A DNA stretch of 64,000 nt from IMG/VR virus record IMGVR_UViG_3300037042_006844, positions 1-64,000 of that record, one strand, 5' to 3'. Position numbers and translations under genes: made by a program. Below are positions 8,609 through 17,683 of the stretch, piece after piece. Numbering within the stretch: the stretch's first letter is position 1; every line of letters starts with the position of its first letter. The notes under the pieces are model-generated. The model searched no databases. It was not told the origin of the DNA and saw only the letters and a list, made by a program, of their open reading frames with translations.

Positions 8609-9847
8609 TCATCCTATATAAATGTGGAGTGGAACCTTGGACAACATTTTGTTCATTGCTTCAGATTCTTTGTCTTTATTTTCAAGCTGGTTCACGCGCA
8701 ATGTTTTCTCAAGCATATCTCGAAGTTTTTCAAGCAATGCGTCTTTTTCTTCCTTAGCTTCACTGCGCAGTTCGGCACCATCTAAAGTGACTTCGCCACC
8801 TGGAATTGGCACAGTGCTATATTTTTGCAAAATACGACCCAACGTTTCTTTACACAATGCCAAGAAATACTTTTTGATCCACTGTTTGCCAGGTTGATTG
8901 ATTTTACAATATTGGCAAAATTCATACGGAACATCACTAGGATCGCTCACAAACTGGTATCTCGATCCGCTAAGGAAGTTGGTAATATCCTTATCGCTTT
9001 CAACGTAATAATCGATCCAGATGTTCATATCGTGGTCTGGAATGGGAAAAATACGCAGCATGTTATTACCGAAAATTTCAAATCCAAAATGGCTTTTACG
9101 CACCAAATCGTTGAATTCGATGGCTTGGATACGCTCCAAATCTTCGAAAATTGGGGTCATCAAAAACTGGGTTGCTGGGCTATATCCACTGAAGCCCATT
9201 TCTTGGAGGACGTTTGAATAACTCATACCAGTCATACTGAATGGGTCATAAATACGTGCTACAGCAGGTGGTCGAAAATGAAATACTCGGCGAACTTCGA
9301 TACGAGAACTGCTCAAATGCTCGACATCTTGACCGATCAGTTTATTCAAATCGAACACTTGTTGGCTGCCTTTTGGACCGCCATAATTGCTATGCACGCT
9401 GGCAGTGACAGCAATACTAGTGCGTTTCATGGGGGTTTCTCCACCAACCAATGCTTCACTACCATACTGCTTGCTGAGTTGCACAACAAACGGAAGACCC
9501 GATCCTTTTACACCCATACCAGTGAGGTTTGGATATTGGTCTTGAGATATACCTTGCACATTTACCATGTTATTAACGATATTGAACTCGTTGATAACAC
9601 GATTGTATTCCAAAACCGACTCTTCAAAACATGCGTAGAAATTTACGTCGATCATTTCAATATCGACTATGGGATAACCCAAACGTTTTGCTGCCCACAT
9701 GGCACTCCCGCTGCAATCGGTTTCAAATGTAGACTCGACACCGCTACAGCTTTCGCCCAGATAATAGCCAAATGGCACCGAAGCCGAATTTACGGAACTG
9801 CCGCTTCCCGGCCATCTAACACGATCCTGATCAAGATTAGCACTCAT
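8609..9847 (-). CDS. gp13: Neck protein (gp13-like)
   Basis: C-terminal WIKKYFLALCKETLG...IPGGEVTLDGAELRSEAKEEKDAL parallels the T4 gp13 C-terminus. Confidence 0.85.
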   Translation of the reverse strand: MSANLDQDRVRWPGSGSSVNSASVPFGYYLGESCSGVESTFETDCSGSAMWAAKRLGYPIVDIEMIDVNFYACFEESVLEYNRVINEFNIVNNMVNVQGISQDQYPNLTGMGVKGSGLPFVVQLSKQYGSEALVGGETPMKRTSIAVTASVHSNYGGPKGSQQVFDLNKLIGQDVEHLSSSRIEVRRVFHFRPPAVARIYDPFSMTGMSYSNVLQEMGFSGYSPATQFLMTPIFEDLERIQAIEFNDLVRKSHFGFEIFGNNMLRIFPIPDHDMNIWIDYYVESDKDITNFLSGSRYQFVSDPSDVPYEFCQYCKINQPGKQWIKKYFLALCKETLGRILQKYSTVPIPGGEVTLDGAELRSEAKEEKDALLEKLRDMLEKTLRVNQLENKDKESEAMNKMLSKVPLHIYIG

Positions 9848-9887
9848 TAAATATAAATATCGCTATGTTCGATATTAGTGCCAATTT

Positions 9888-10049
9888 CTATTCTATTGTT
9901 GGGTCGTTTTCGTCCAAATAGATAGTCGCCAATATTTTATAATCGGAAACGGGAGCCGTTTTAGGCGCAGTCTCCCGACGCAATTTTTCTTCTTTGAGCT
10001 TTTTGGCTCGGAGGACTTTTTGTAGAGTGGTCTTTACTTTCTGATTCAT
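9888..10049 (-). CDS. Small basic hypothetical protein (likely start MNQKV at 10049)
   Basis: ATG at 10049 lies 19 nt below a TATTTATA box. Confidence 0.45.
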   Translation of the reverse strand: MNQKVKTTLQKVLRAKKLKEEKLRRETAPKTAPVSDYKILATIYLDENDPTIE

Positions 10050-10103
10050 AAACGATGCGTTCTTCGGGTATAAATATACCCCGTGCAACAAGAACACGCC
10101 GAA

Positions 10104-11117
10104 TTATACAGTTTTCAGAAACTCGTCGGTATCCCTGCGCAGTTCATCTTCTGGAACACTGTCAATTTTGTCTCCGTATTTTTGAGTCCAGAACAACTTG
10201 ATTTTACCAAGCATTGGTCCTGGCTTAATTTGGGGAAAGTTCTTCATGATCCAATCGCCCCCATATTGGCTTTTGGCTGGAGCGAAGGCTTCTATTTCAG
10301 CCTGCTTTTTCACCATGTCGGCGTATTTGTCTGGAAATTGTGTTTTGATGTAATGATCGGCATCGGGCTGAGTTCTATGCTTTTTGAGAGCTATTAACTT
10401 GGCTTTTATCTCTTGAGCAGTTGGGCGACCCGCACGCATACGTTTGCGGTCACTGTTGTTCAAACCAACGCCTTCAAAATAGCTACTGTCGAAAAGATCG
10501 GTATAGCTGATAAAGTTAACGATGTCGTCGATAGTTTTGATATCATCGAATTTGCCCAAAATTGGGGTATACCCCAGCATTTTGAGTCCGTCCCTAAGAT
10601 TTTTGGTCAAAAGGATATAGTGATACTGCCCCTTTTTATCTTCATAGATTTTGAAGAATCCATCGGTGCCATACTTGAAATGTAATCTGCGAGAAAACAC
10701 GCCCAAAATACCACTAAAATCGTTATAACTCAAATAGTCGTATTGGGCATCATAATCGTCCGCACCAGCATACAAAAAGTCTACGTGAACGGTTTTGCCA
10801 GGAGCTGACTCGCTGCTATACAACACACTATAGATATTGCCATTTTTACTGTAGTCTTTGATCAGCGGTCCCAAGTAAGTAAATAATGCATTTTTGACGT
10901 TCGGATTTCCGCTGACAACGATATCGATATCGCCATGATCGGCTTTGGCGGGCAGTGCTTTGCTCAACTTAAACTTGTCAAACCTATCACCAAGCCTATG
11001 TTTCAGTTCATCGAAAATAGTGTTCATCTCGGTGGTAGATACCCGTTGAGCACGACTCCCAAACAGCTTTCCACCCTCTTTTATCAGCCCCGTTAATATG
11101 TTGCCCAGTTTAATCAT
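10104..11117 (-). CDS. Pol-beta-superfamily nucleotidyltransferase-like protein (likely start MIKLGN at 11117)
   Basis: KADHGDIDIVV (DxD) and VHVDF (third acidic residue); C-terminal IKPGPMLGKI resembles the tail of CCA/polyA-type enzymes. Confidence 0.6.
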   Translation of the reverse strand: MIKLGNILTGLIKEGGKLFGSRAQRVSTTEMNTIFDELKHRLGDRFDKFKLSKALPAKADHGDIDIVVSGNPNVKNALFTYLGPLIKDYSKNGNIYSVLYSSESAPGKTVHVDFLYAGADDYDAQYDYLSYNDFSGILGVFSRRLHFKYGTDGFFKIYEDKKGQYHYILLTKNLRDGLKMLGYTPILGKFDDIKTIDDIVNFISYTDLFDSSYFEGVGLNNSDRKRMRAGRPTAQEIKAKLIALKKHRTQPDADHYIKTQFPDKYADMVKKQAEIEAFAPAKSQYGGDWIMKNFPQIKPGPMLGKIKLFWTQKYGDKIDSVPEDELRRDTDEFLKTV

Positions 11118-11511
11118 ACTGGTTCTTTCATAAAGAATTTCCAAAATTCAACATCCACCGTTTTGATATCGGGATCGATATGTTGAGCAGTTTCGATGAT
11201 AATTTTGCTTTGTGGGCATCTATCATGCAGCTTCACATACACCGAATTATTATCAAACTTATATTGAAATATATATATGGATAAATTCTACATTCCATCG
11301 GTCTTCTGTCATATATTCCACATCTGTCATTGACCAAAAACTTGCAATTCCCGTCGACTCCCCTTTTTATTCTATAAATCACACCATTTTTTGTGTCCAA
11401 ATCATCCACATCAAATTTCGATATTTCATGTGGCAATAAAATGGGAGCGTTCACATCCACGTTCTTTCCACAACATTTTTCTGTGCAAATTCCACAATTC
11501 AGCGTTATCAT
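11114..11511 (-). pseudogene. YkgJ-like (Fe-S/Zn cysteine-cluster) gene interrupted by a 2-nt frameshift in an (AT)5 run
   Basis: CxxCxxxCC...CxFL...CxIYxxRPxECRxYP signature. Removing one AT at 11269-11278 gives a 131-aa ORF with a DRCP motif that ends at an ATGA overlap with the next gene. Confidence 0.7.
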
Positions 11512-11576
11512 AGGTTTCCAACTCCGCCCTATAACATAAATAGGTTTTGGCTATAAAAAAACGATATTTATAATGT

Positions 11577-12530
11577 ATGAAGAAGTCATTTACAACTCTG
11601 GTTCTACTATTGTTTTTGTCTGGATGCGGCACAATCATTCCCGATAACCAAAATGGTAGTCAAAAAAAGATCGCCAACAAAACTGAAGCGGTCACTGATG
11701 CCAAAAGCAAAATTGCCGCAAACACCGAAGAAAAATTGATACAAGTATCAGGACTAAGCTACGGAGTTGGCTACAGTCTCGATCACGTTCCGTTGACCAA
11801 CAAGATCAATGAAATTGAAACAGCCAAAGAGTTGAACAGCAGAATCGTCAGCATTGCTGGTTCTCCAGATTTGGATGAAATGAACCGAATCAAACAAACT
11901 GTAGACCTTTTGAACAGCGAAGTCAAGAAAGAAAGGGACAAAGGAGCCAAACTTTTGACAGACAAAGATCAGGAGATCATGATTGTTCAAAAAGAAAAAG
12001 AAGCCCTTAAAGCCAACTTGGAACGTAAAGTTGAAGACTTGACCAAGGCTGCAAAGAAGCAAGCCGAAGAATCTGATAGCAACAAAGTGGTGATTGAAAA
12101 CGTCAATAAATGGTTTGGATTGGGTGCCGTTTTCTATGGTCTCAAACGATTTGTCACTACTTGTATTGTGGGCATTTTGGTGTTTGGTGTTGCATTTTTG
12201 GTGCTGCGCCTTCTTGCCGCAACAAATCCAATCGCCGCAAGCATTTTCTCGGTGTTCAACATCATTGGTGCTGGAGTGATTCACACGGTGCGTGGTATAG
12301 CACCAAAAGCATTGAATTTTAGTGGGTTTTCATCCACAAACGAAGTTCAAAAATACAAAAACACTTTGGCTAAATTGGTGGACAACATTGAAGAAGTTCA
12401 GATTAAAAACACTGCCCCAGATGCAACCATCTCACTAAAAGATTTGCTTGATCATTTTGACAAAGAATTGGATCAAGCTGATAAAGATGTGATTACAGAA
12501 CTCAAAACTGAATTGCGATGGAAAAAATAA
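11577..12530 (+). CDS. Lipoprotein with coiled coil and C-proximal transmembrane helices (spanin-like or membrane protein)
   Basis: MKK + hydrophobic core + LSG|C lipobox; K/E-rich coiled coil; hydrophobic CIVGILVFGVAFLVLRLL and IAASIFSVFNIIGAGVI segments; TATTTATA 4 nt upstream. Confidence 0.7.
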   Translation: MKKSFTTLVLLLFLSGCGTIIPDNQNGSQKKIANKTEAVTDAKSKIAANTEEKLIQVSGLSYGVGYSLDHVPLTNKINEIETAKELNSRIVSIAGSPDLDEMNRIKQTVDLLNSEVKKERDKGAKLLTDKDQEIMIVQKEKEALKANLERKVEDLTKAAKKQAEESDSNKVVIENVNKWFGLGAVFYGLKRFVTTCIVGILVFGVAFLVLRLLAATNPIAASIFSVFNIIGAGVIHTVRGIAPKALNFSGFSSTNEVQKYKNTLAKLVDNIEEVQIKNTAPDATISLKDLLDHFDKELDQADKDVITELKTELRWKK

Positions 12531-12535
12531 AAAGA

Positions 12536-12564
12536 TTGACGTTCACACAACTCTGTGCTAATAT
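12536..12564 (+). promoter_or_regulatory. sigma70-type promoter (extended -10) of the Mom-like gene
   Basis: TTGACG (12536-41), 17-nt spacer, TGc-TAATAT (12559-64); ATG follows 6 nt later. Confidence 0.7.
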
Positions 12565-12570
12565 AAAAAC

Positions 12571-13344
12571 ATGGCAGAGTCCTATTGCGACACATCACTA
12601 ATTTATTTGGAGCCAATCAGCAAACCGATTGCCCGCAGCATGATCGAAAAAAACCACTATAGTCACAAGTGGTCTTGCTGCACCGTGGCTTACGGGGTTT
12701 TCTACAAAGAATACATCGAAAGCACATTTTTCGGTGGTTATCAGAGTAAACTAATCGGAGTATTGGTTTATGGAAATGCAGTGGGAAGATGCGCCAGCAA
12801 AAGCATCAGTCCTCTATTAGCCAACGATAATGTATTTGAACTCACCCGCTTGTGGGTCGCAGATGGCTATGGAAAAAACATAGAAAGTTATTGTATAGCT
12901 GAAAGCTTTCGGTTGTTAAACAAAGAATATCCCAAAATCAAATGCATATTGACCTATGCTGATAGCGAAGAAGGTCATCGTGGCATCATCTATCAAGCAT
13001 CTGGATTTATTTATCAAGGGGACAATTACGTCGATATTGCAATTATGCCGAACTACAGTGTAAGTTTGGACGGTCCTCCGAGCTACAAATGGATTCATAG
13101 TCGCAGTGTGTATAACCGATGGAAATCACACAATGTTGACAAGCTGAAAGAACGAATCGGCAAAACGTTTTGGCGCAAACGTGAAAGCGGAAAGCATCGC
13201 TATGTCAAATTCATTTGTGGCAAAATTGAAAACAAACGACTCAGAAAATCTTTGAAACACAAAGAATTGCCGTATCCAAAAGGTGCGATTTTCAAAGAAG
13301 TTGTCACTGAACACGTTGTGGACAGTTCACAGTCTTTCTTCTAA
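12571..13344 (+). CDS. Mom-like (GNAT-fold) DNA adenine modification protein
   Basis: KNHYSH, LIGVLVYG, FELTRLW, ILTYADSEEGHRGIIYQASGF, and K.RY motifs characteristic of phage Mom-like proteins. Confidence 0.8.
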   Translation: MAESYCDTSLIYLEPISKPIARSMIEKNHYSHKWSCCTVAYGVFYKEYIESTFFGGYQSKLIGVLVYGNAVGRCASKSISPLLANDNVFELTRLWVADGYGKNIESYCIAESFRLLNKEYPKIKCILTYADSEEGHRGIIYQASGFIYQGDNYVDIAIMPNYSVSLDGPPSYKWIHSRSVYNRWKSHNVDKLKERIGKTFWRKRESGKHRYVKFICGKIENKRLRKSLKHKELPYPKGAIFKEVVTEHVVDSSQSFF

Positions 13345-13350
13345 AACCGT

Positions 13351-13728
13351 TTAATTTTTGTAAAACTTCAATGTTTTTACCACTTTATCCAGACCCAAAT
13401 TTTTGAAGTTCAAATCGTCTTTCTTTTTACCCTGAAAGCTTTCGTGGTGGATGCTTACATCAAACCTTTTCATATCTTTGTCAAGAGGAATCACTGTAGC
13501 AGAATAATATGACACGGTGTTACTGTTTGGCAATACCAGAAACATTCCGAATCCTTTATCATATTTTTTAGTCCACGCATCTTTTCCAGACTCGAAATAT
13601 TTTGTCTCAGACACGTTGACCCCTCTTACATCATCTTGTGATCGGCGCAGTTTGGAAATTATTGTTTGAATAAGAGTGGGTTCATCGATCACTTCTTTGA
13701 TCAGTTGTATCAATTCTGTTTTTGTCAT
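13351..13728 (-). CDS. Hypothetical protein
   Basis: 125-aa ORF with the late box 5 nt upstream; N-terminus ELIQLIKE. Confidence 0.6.
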   Translation of the reverse strand: MTKTELIQLIKEVIDEPTLIQTIISKLRRSQDDVRGVNVSETKYFESGKDAWTKKYDKGFGMFLVLPNSNTVSYYSATVIPLDKDMKRFDVSIHHESFQGKKKDDLNFKNLGLDKVVKTLKFYKN

Positions 13729-13742
13729 ATATTAATAAATAG

Positions 13743-13764
13743 AAAAACCCCAGCTGGGGTTTTT
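13743..13764. terminator. Perfect 22-bp palindrome (terminator-like), a near copy of the capsid terminator
   Basis: AAAAACCCCAGCTGGGGTTTTT read directly. Confidence 0.7.
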
Positions 13765-13779
13765 TCGTCATGTAGTTGA

Positions 13780-15768
13780 TTAAATTTCAACAATGGCCTC
13801 TCGTTTATTTGCAGAATTTTTATCAAAATGACTTGTGTTTGATACTATATACGAGTTTATATTGGTCCAATTCAGCCGTTCGCTTAATTCGCTGGACACA
13901 TTAATGTAACATTTCTTACCCGAATATTTTTCAATTGCGGCGATGAACGTATTTTTCCAATCATTAAACGATCCGTGCGCAGTGCTGTTGCTGTAAATCT
14001 CAAGATCGTAATACGGAATGCTAGTAAAAATCAAATCAAACCGACGATCTGTTGAAAACTCCTCAAATTTACAATTGTGAATTTCTACATTGGTTAAATT
14101 TGCATTTTTAATAAAAGTCTGCAATTCACCGAATGTTTCAACGTTTGGTTCACATCCGATATACGTGCCATTTGGATATTTACTCTTAAATCCCAATAAT
14201 CTGCCGCCAAATCCACAACACGGGTCCAATACCACAGGCGAGGCCGTGTCCCCCAAATATTTGTGATATATTGCGGCTGCTAATAGCGGCTTAAAAAATG
14301 AAACGGTTATTCTTCTGGCAGACAAACCCTGTATCAATTGGTGTAAACTAAAATCAAATATTTCGCCACTATTATTACAACCGATTCTGTATTTTATAAC
14401 ATCGTGCATGATAGATTCGTCCTCCCACGCAGTTTTCGGCGCAACGTTACCTTTATAACTCGCTCCCCAGTAAGAATGGAAATGATGCTTCAAATAATTA
14501 TTGCCGATTGAATAAATATTGTTTGAAAATTCATTGGATTGCGCATTGTAAATCGATGTATAATCATATTCTCTAATTTTGCGCATAACCAATTCTATGC
14601 TCTCATATAACGGGGGATATGGAAATTCCGGTTGGAAATTGCGAATGAATTTTTTAAGCAACCACAAAAATGACTCAACGTAAGGTTGACCTTTGTCGAT
14701 AATGCAATTTGAAAAATATTCTTTATTTATTACCACATCGTCATATCCTAATACCAAATGGTTAATTTTATTATAACATGCTATATTTTTGATCAAATCG
14801 GTCTCACTGCGCGAGTTCGTTATGAGTGCAGACAAATCACTTTCGCGAATTCTATAAATATTATCGATGGTATTATTTTTTTGGCGATCCGATATAACAC
14901 TAGATAGCAGCTTAAAATTCAAATTTTCAATATTTGTTGGATGCCAATATTCGCCATCGATTTCAATGCACATATTGTGATCCTGTAAATAAAAATCAAC
15001 AGACGCGGACCTATCACCACAATCAACTACGTATGGATGTTTATATTTAATATTAAGAGAATTTAATAATGATTCAAAACATAGTTCTGGTTCTGTATCA
15101 ATAGTATTTATGGCACATTTTCTATTAACTGCACTATCCGACATTTTTTTGACAGCAGTTCGTTTATGCGTTTTACCATACATCGGATTATTGATTCCTA
15201 TTGAATTGTGCCCGGTAATATAATCGATTCTATATGGGTAGTAGTTTAACAACTTAACCGTTTTACCACACCCACATTCACACAGTGGGTGTGTATTATT
15301 AAATATGTGTTGTTTGACATAGGTCGGTTTGTCCAATTTGTGTATTTTTTTAATGTGCCAGCCCAGCAAATTACCGGAAGCAAATTGTTCTCCACAGATC
15401 ACACACGAATGTTTATTTTCTGTAGACATTAACCTATTTTTATATTCAATATTTTTAAGTTTGGATGAGCGATATTCACCACAGCGAATAACATAATCAT
15501 CTGGCGATATGCTATGTGTGTCCCTCAGATGAACAAAAAATCCAACCGAAGAATACTTGTTATTGCACAATTTACACTCAATTTTATTGACAGACCTAAT
15601 ATGCGTTTTACTTTTTTGTTTTCTAAACTCGCCGTATTTACATGCGTATTTATCGGATGTCAGTGCATGTTTCCATTTCAAATGACTTGAAAAGCTGTAT
15701 AATGAAATTTTTTCGCCGCAAATATCACAAGATTTCAACGACGGTTTATTAACAATAGCGCGACTCAT
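13780..15768 (-). CDS. Zn-finger/NUMOD3/DUF559-like endonuclease fused to a C-terminal SAM-dependent DNA amino-methyltransferase (likely start MSRAIV at 15768)
   Basis: Three CxxC..H..H fingers, CECGCG, GINNPMYGKTH (NUMOD3-like), TEPE...VDFY...IEIDGEYWH nuclease core, VLDPCCGFGGRLLG (motif I), GCEPN, DLIFTSIPYYDLEIY (motif IV-like). Confidence 0.8.
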   Translation of the reverse strand: MSRAIVNKPSLKSCDICGEKISLYSFSSHLKWKHALTSDKYACKYGEFRKQKSKTHIRSVNKIECKLCNNKYSSVGFFVHLRDTHSISPDDYVIRCGEYRSSKLKNIEYKNRLMSTENKHSCVICGEQFASGNLLGWHIKKIHKLDKPTYVKQHIFNNTHPLCECGCGKTVKLLNYYPYRIDYITGHNSIGINNPMYGKTHKRTAVKKMSDSAVNRKCAINTIDTEPELCFESLLNSLNIKYKHPYVVDCGDRSASVDFYLQDHNMCIEIDGEYWHPTNIENLNFKLLSSVISDRQKNNTIDNIYRIRESDLSALITNSRSETDLIKNIACYNKINHLVLGYDDVVINKEYFSNCIIDKGQPYVESFLWLLKKFIRNFQPEFPYPPLYESIELVMRKIREYDYTSIYNAQSNEFSNNIYSIGNNYLKHHFHSYWGASYKGNVAPKTAWEDESIMHDVIKYRIGCNNSGEIFDFSLHQLIQGLSARRITVSFFKPLLAAAIYHKYLGDTASPVVLDPCCGFGGRLLGFKSKYPNGTYIGCEPNVETFGELQTFIKNANLTNVEIHNCKFEEFSTDRRFDLIFTSIPYYDLEIYSNSTAHGSFNDWKNTFIAAIEKYSGKKCYINVSSELSERLNWTNINSYIVSNTSHFDKNSANKREAIVEI

Positions 15769-15775
15769 GTGTATA

Positions 15776-15804
15776 ACTATACACGATACGCTAAGAAAAT
15801 GCAA
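15776..15804 (-). promoter_or_regulatory. sigma70-like promoter of the endonuclease-methyltransferase gene
   Basis: TTGCAT (15804-15799), 17-nt spacer, TATAGT (15781-15776); ATG follows 7 nt later. Confidence 0.6.
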
Positions 15805-15831
15805 TGTTTTTTGCGTATCCTTTCACTATAC

Positions 15832-15869
15832 AAAAAAAAAAGAAAACCCCAGCGAAAGCTGGGGTTTTC
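15832..15869 (-). terminator. Rho-independent terminator after the major capsid gene
   Basis: Perfect 12-bp stem (15842-53 with 15858-69), 4-nt loop, T10 tract on the minus strand. Confidence 0.9.
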
Positions 15870-15894
15870 GTGTTATTCTAATTCGCTAGATCAA

Positions 15895-17634
15895 TTATAC
15901 TTGATCAAGGTCGGCAACCAGAACTTTTCCATAAAATTCGGGTCTGACTACCTTCTTAGCGTAGCGGGTCATCACACCACGGCGTGGCGTGAAATTCACT
16001 GGATCATAGACCAGTGGAGTTTGGATAAGCGGAATGTATGGGGCATACACTGCGCCGGTTTCGAGGAAGTTATTTCCACGGAAACCAATCAAGATGACGT
16101 TATCGGTCATATATGGGTTCTTGTAGACTTGGAAGCGACTTGCGAAGCTACCAACTCGGGCAACGCCCATTGCGAACTTGGCTTGATCACCATCGGTGTT
16201 GACCACATATCCTGGGATACTTTCTAGAATAGTTGCCACATCTGGAGAACAAACGAGGAAGTTAGCACCACCACGGAGAGTCAATTTGTGGATCGTGTTG
16301 GATACCTTTTGAATCTTGTTGCCAAGAGTCTGGAACCAAGTTGATTTCACATATGCTGTGCGGTTAGCGGCTGTGTTCTGATTACGTGTGAATGAAGCAA
16401 CGTTGGTCGTTGCGTTCACAGTCTTGGTGAACTCAGTTCCGATTGCAGCACTCCATGCTTCGGTGGTGACACCGGTCACGGATTCGTTTAACATGTCGAG
16501 GATTTCGAGGTCGATTTCCATTGACACATATTCGCTCAACAGTGCAGTAAGTTCTGCTTCTGCATCGATGCTGTGGTAAGCATTCAAATCTTGAGCAAGT
16601 TCTGGAGTCCAGATTGCTTTCAATTTGCGGGTCTTAGCCACGATAGGTTCGCTCTTGAGGTCAAGGTTGACTTCAGGAATACCAAGGTCAGTTCCAATTG
16701 CTTGGGTTGCGGTTGCGGCAGCTTTACCAGAACCTTCACCGGCAGTTTTACCATCTTCGAAATCACCACGCAAATTGTCCGTGGGTTGAATTGTATAAAT
16801 CAATCTTGGAGTTGCTGCCGGGTATATTGTGGCAGATGATTGGCTGACGAACATGTTAATTTGATAGTATGGGTTTGCCAAGCTACCAGTATTAACTGCT
16901 GTTGCATAAGTGTTCAACACAGTGTATGCTGTGTTGTTTGCTTGTGTAAGGCCGAATGAACGAACTGCGTTCAAATCAACATTCCAAAGATATCCGTTTG
17001 CAGCAACGGTTCCAGTTTGGGTGTTGTCATCAAGATTCAATGTTACCTTGAAAATACCTTTAACTTTACTAGTAGATGCAACAACTGATGAGCTAAATGC
17101 GGTATCAAATTGGAGATCGTTCCAACTTGCAGATGCAATTGTAGCTGATGTGCATGTAGAACTGGTCACAAATCTCTCTGAGTATGCATAACGACCTTGA
17201 CCGTAAAGACCGTTAACTGCTGAGTCGGTTGAACCGAGCTTCTTTTGAGTTCCACCGAACAAGCTTTCGCCGCTGGTGTGACCCAATTGGTTGTTGCCAT
17301 ACTTGAAGTCCAAGTAGAAAATCAGACCGCTTGGGAGATTCATCGGTTGAACACTGACGAATTCTTTAGCAGCGATTTCTGCGAACACACGGCGAACGAG
17401 TGGGAGAGCTACGCCAGCCCATTGTTCACTGTTTGCGCTTGTTCCGGTTGAGGTTGCTTCGTCAAGCAATTGTTTTGCTTGATTTTCCAAGAGGATCGAC
17501 ATGTGCGCCTTTTCGGTGCCACGGGTGCCTTCGAGAAGACCCGTTCGTTCCCACTTGGTTTGTAGACCACGGGTTTCAGCCATCAGCTTCGCCTGTGGAT
17601 TCATGTTTCCTGTCAATAGACTTTTTACATCCAT
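15895..17634 (-). CDS. gp23: Major capsid protein (gp23-like)
   Basis: LPLVRR, VQPMNLPSGLIFYL, AKTRKLKAIWTPELAQDLNAYHSIDAEAEL, YAPYIPL, GVMTRYA hallmark motifs. Confidence 0.97.
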   Translation of the reverse strand: MDVKSLLTGNMNPQAKLMAETRGLQTKWERTGLLEGTRGTEKAHMSILLENQAKQLLDEATSTGTSANSEQWAGVALPLVRRVFAEIAAKEFVSVQPMNLPSGLIFYLDFKYGNNQLGHTSGESLFGGTQKKLGSTDSAVNGLYGQGRYAYSERFVTSSTCTSATIASASWNDLQFDTAFSSSVVASTSKVKGIFKVTLNLDDNTQTGTVAANGYLWNVDLNAVRSFGLTQANNTAYTVLNTYATAVNTGSLANPYYQINMFVSQSSATIYPAATPRLIYTIQPTDNLRGDFEDGKTAGEGSGKAAATATQAIGTDLGIPEVNLDLKSEPIVAKTRKLKAIWTPELAQDLNAYHSIDAEAELTALLSEYVSMEIDLEILDMLNESVTGVTTEAWSAAIGTEFTKTVNATTNVASFTRNQNTAANRTAYVKSTWFQTLGNKIQKVSNTIHKLTLRGGANFLVCSPDVATILESIPGYVVNTDGDQAKFAMGVARVGSFASRFQVYKNPYMTDNVILIGFRGNNFLETGAVYAPYIPLIQTPLVYDPVNFTPRRGVMTRYAKKVVRPEFYGKVLVADLDQV

Positions 17635-17683
17635 AATATTATTTTCCTATCTTTTTGTTGGTTTGTTTTTACTCGCAAACAAT

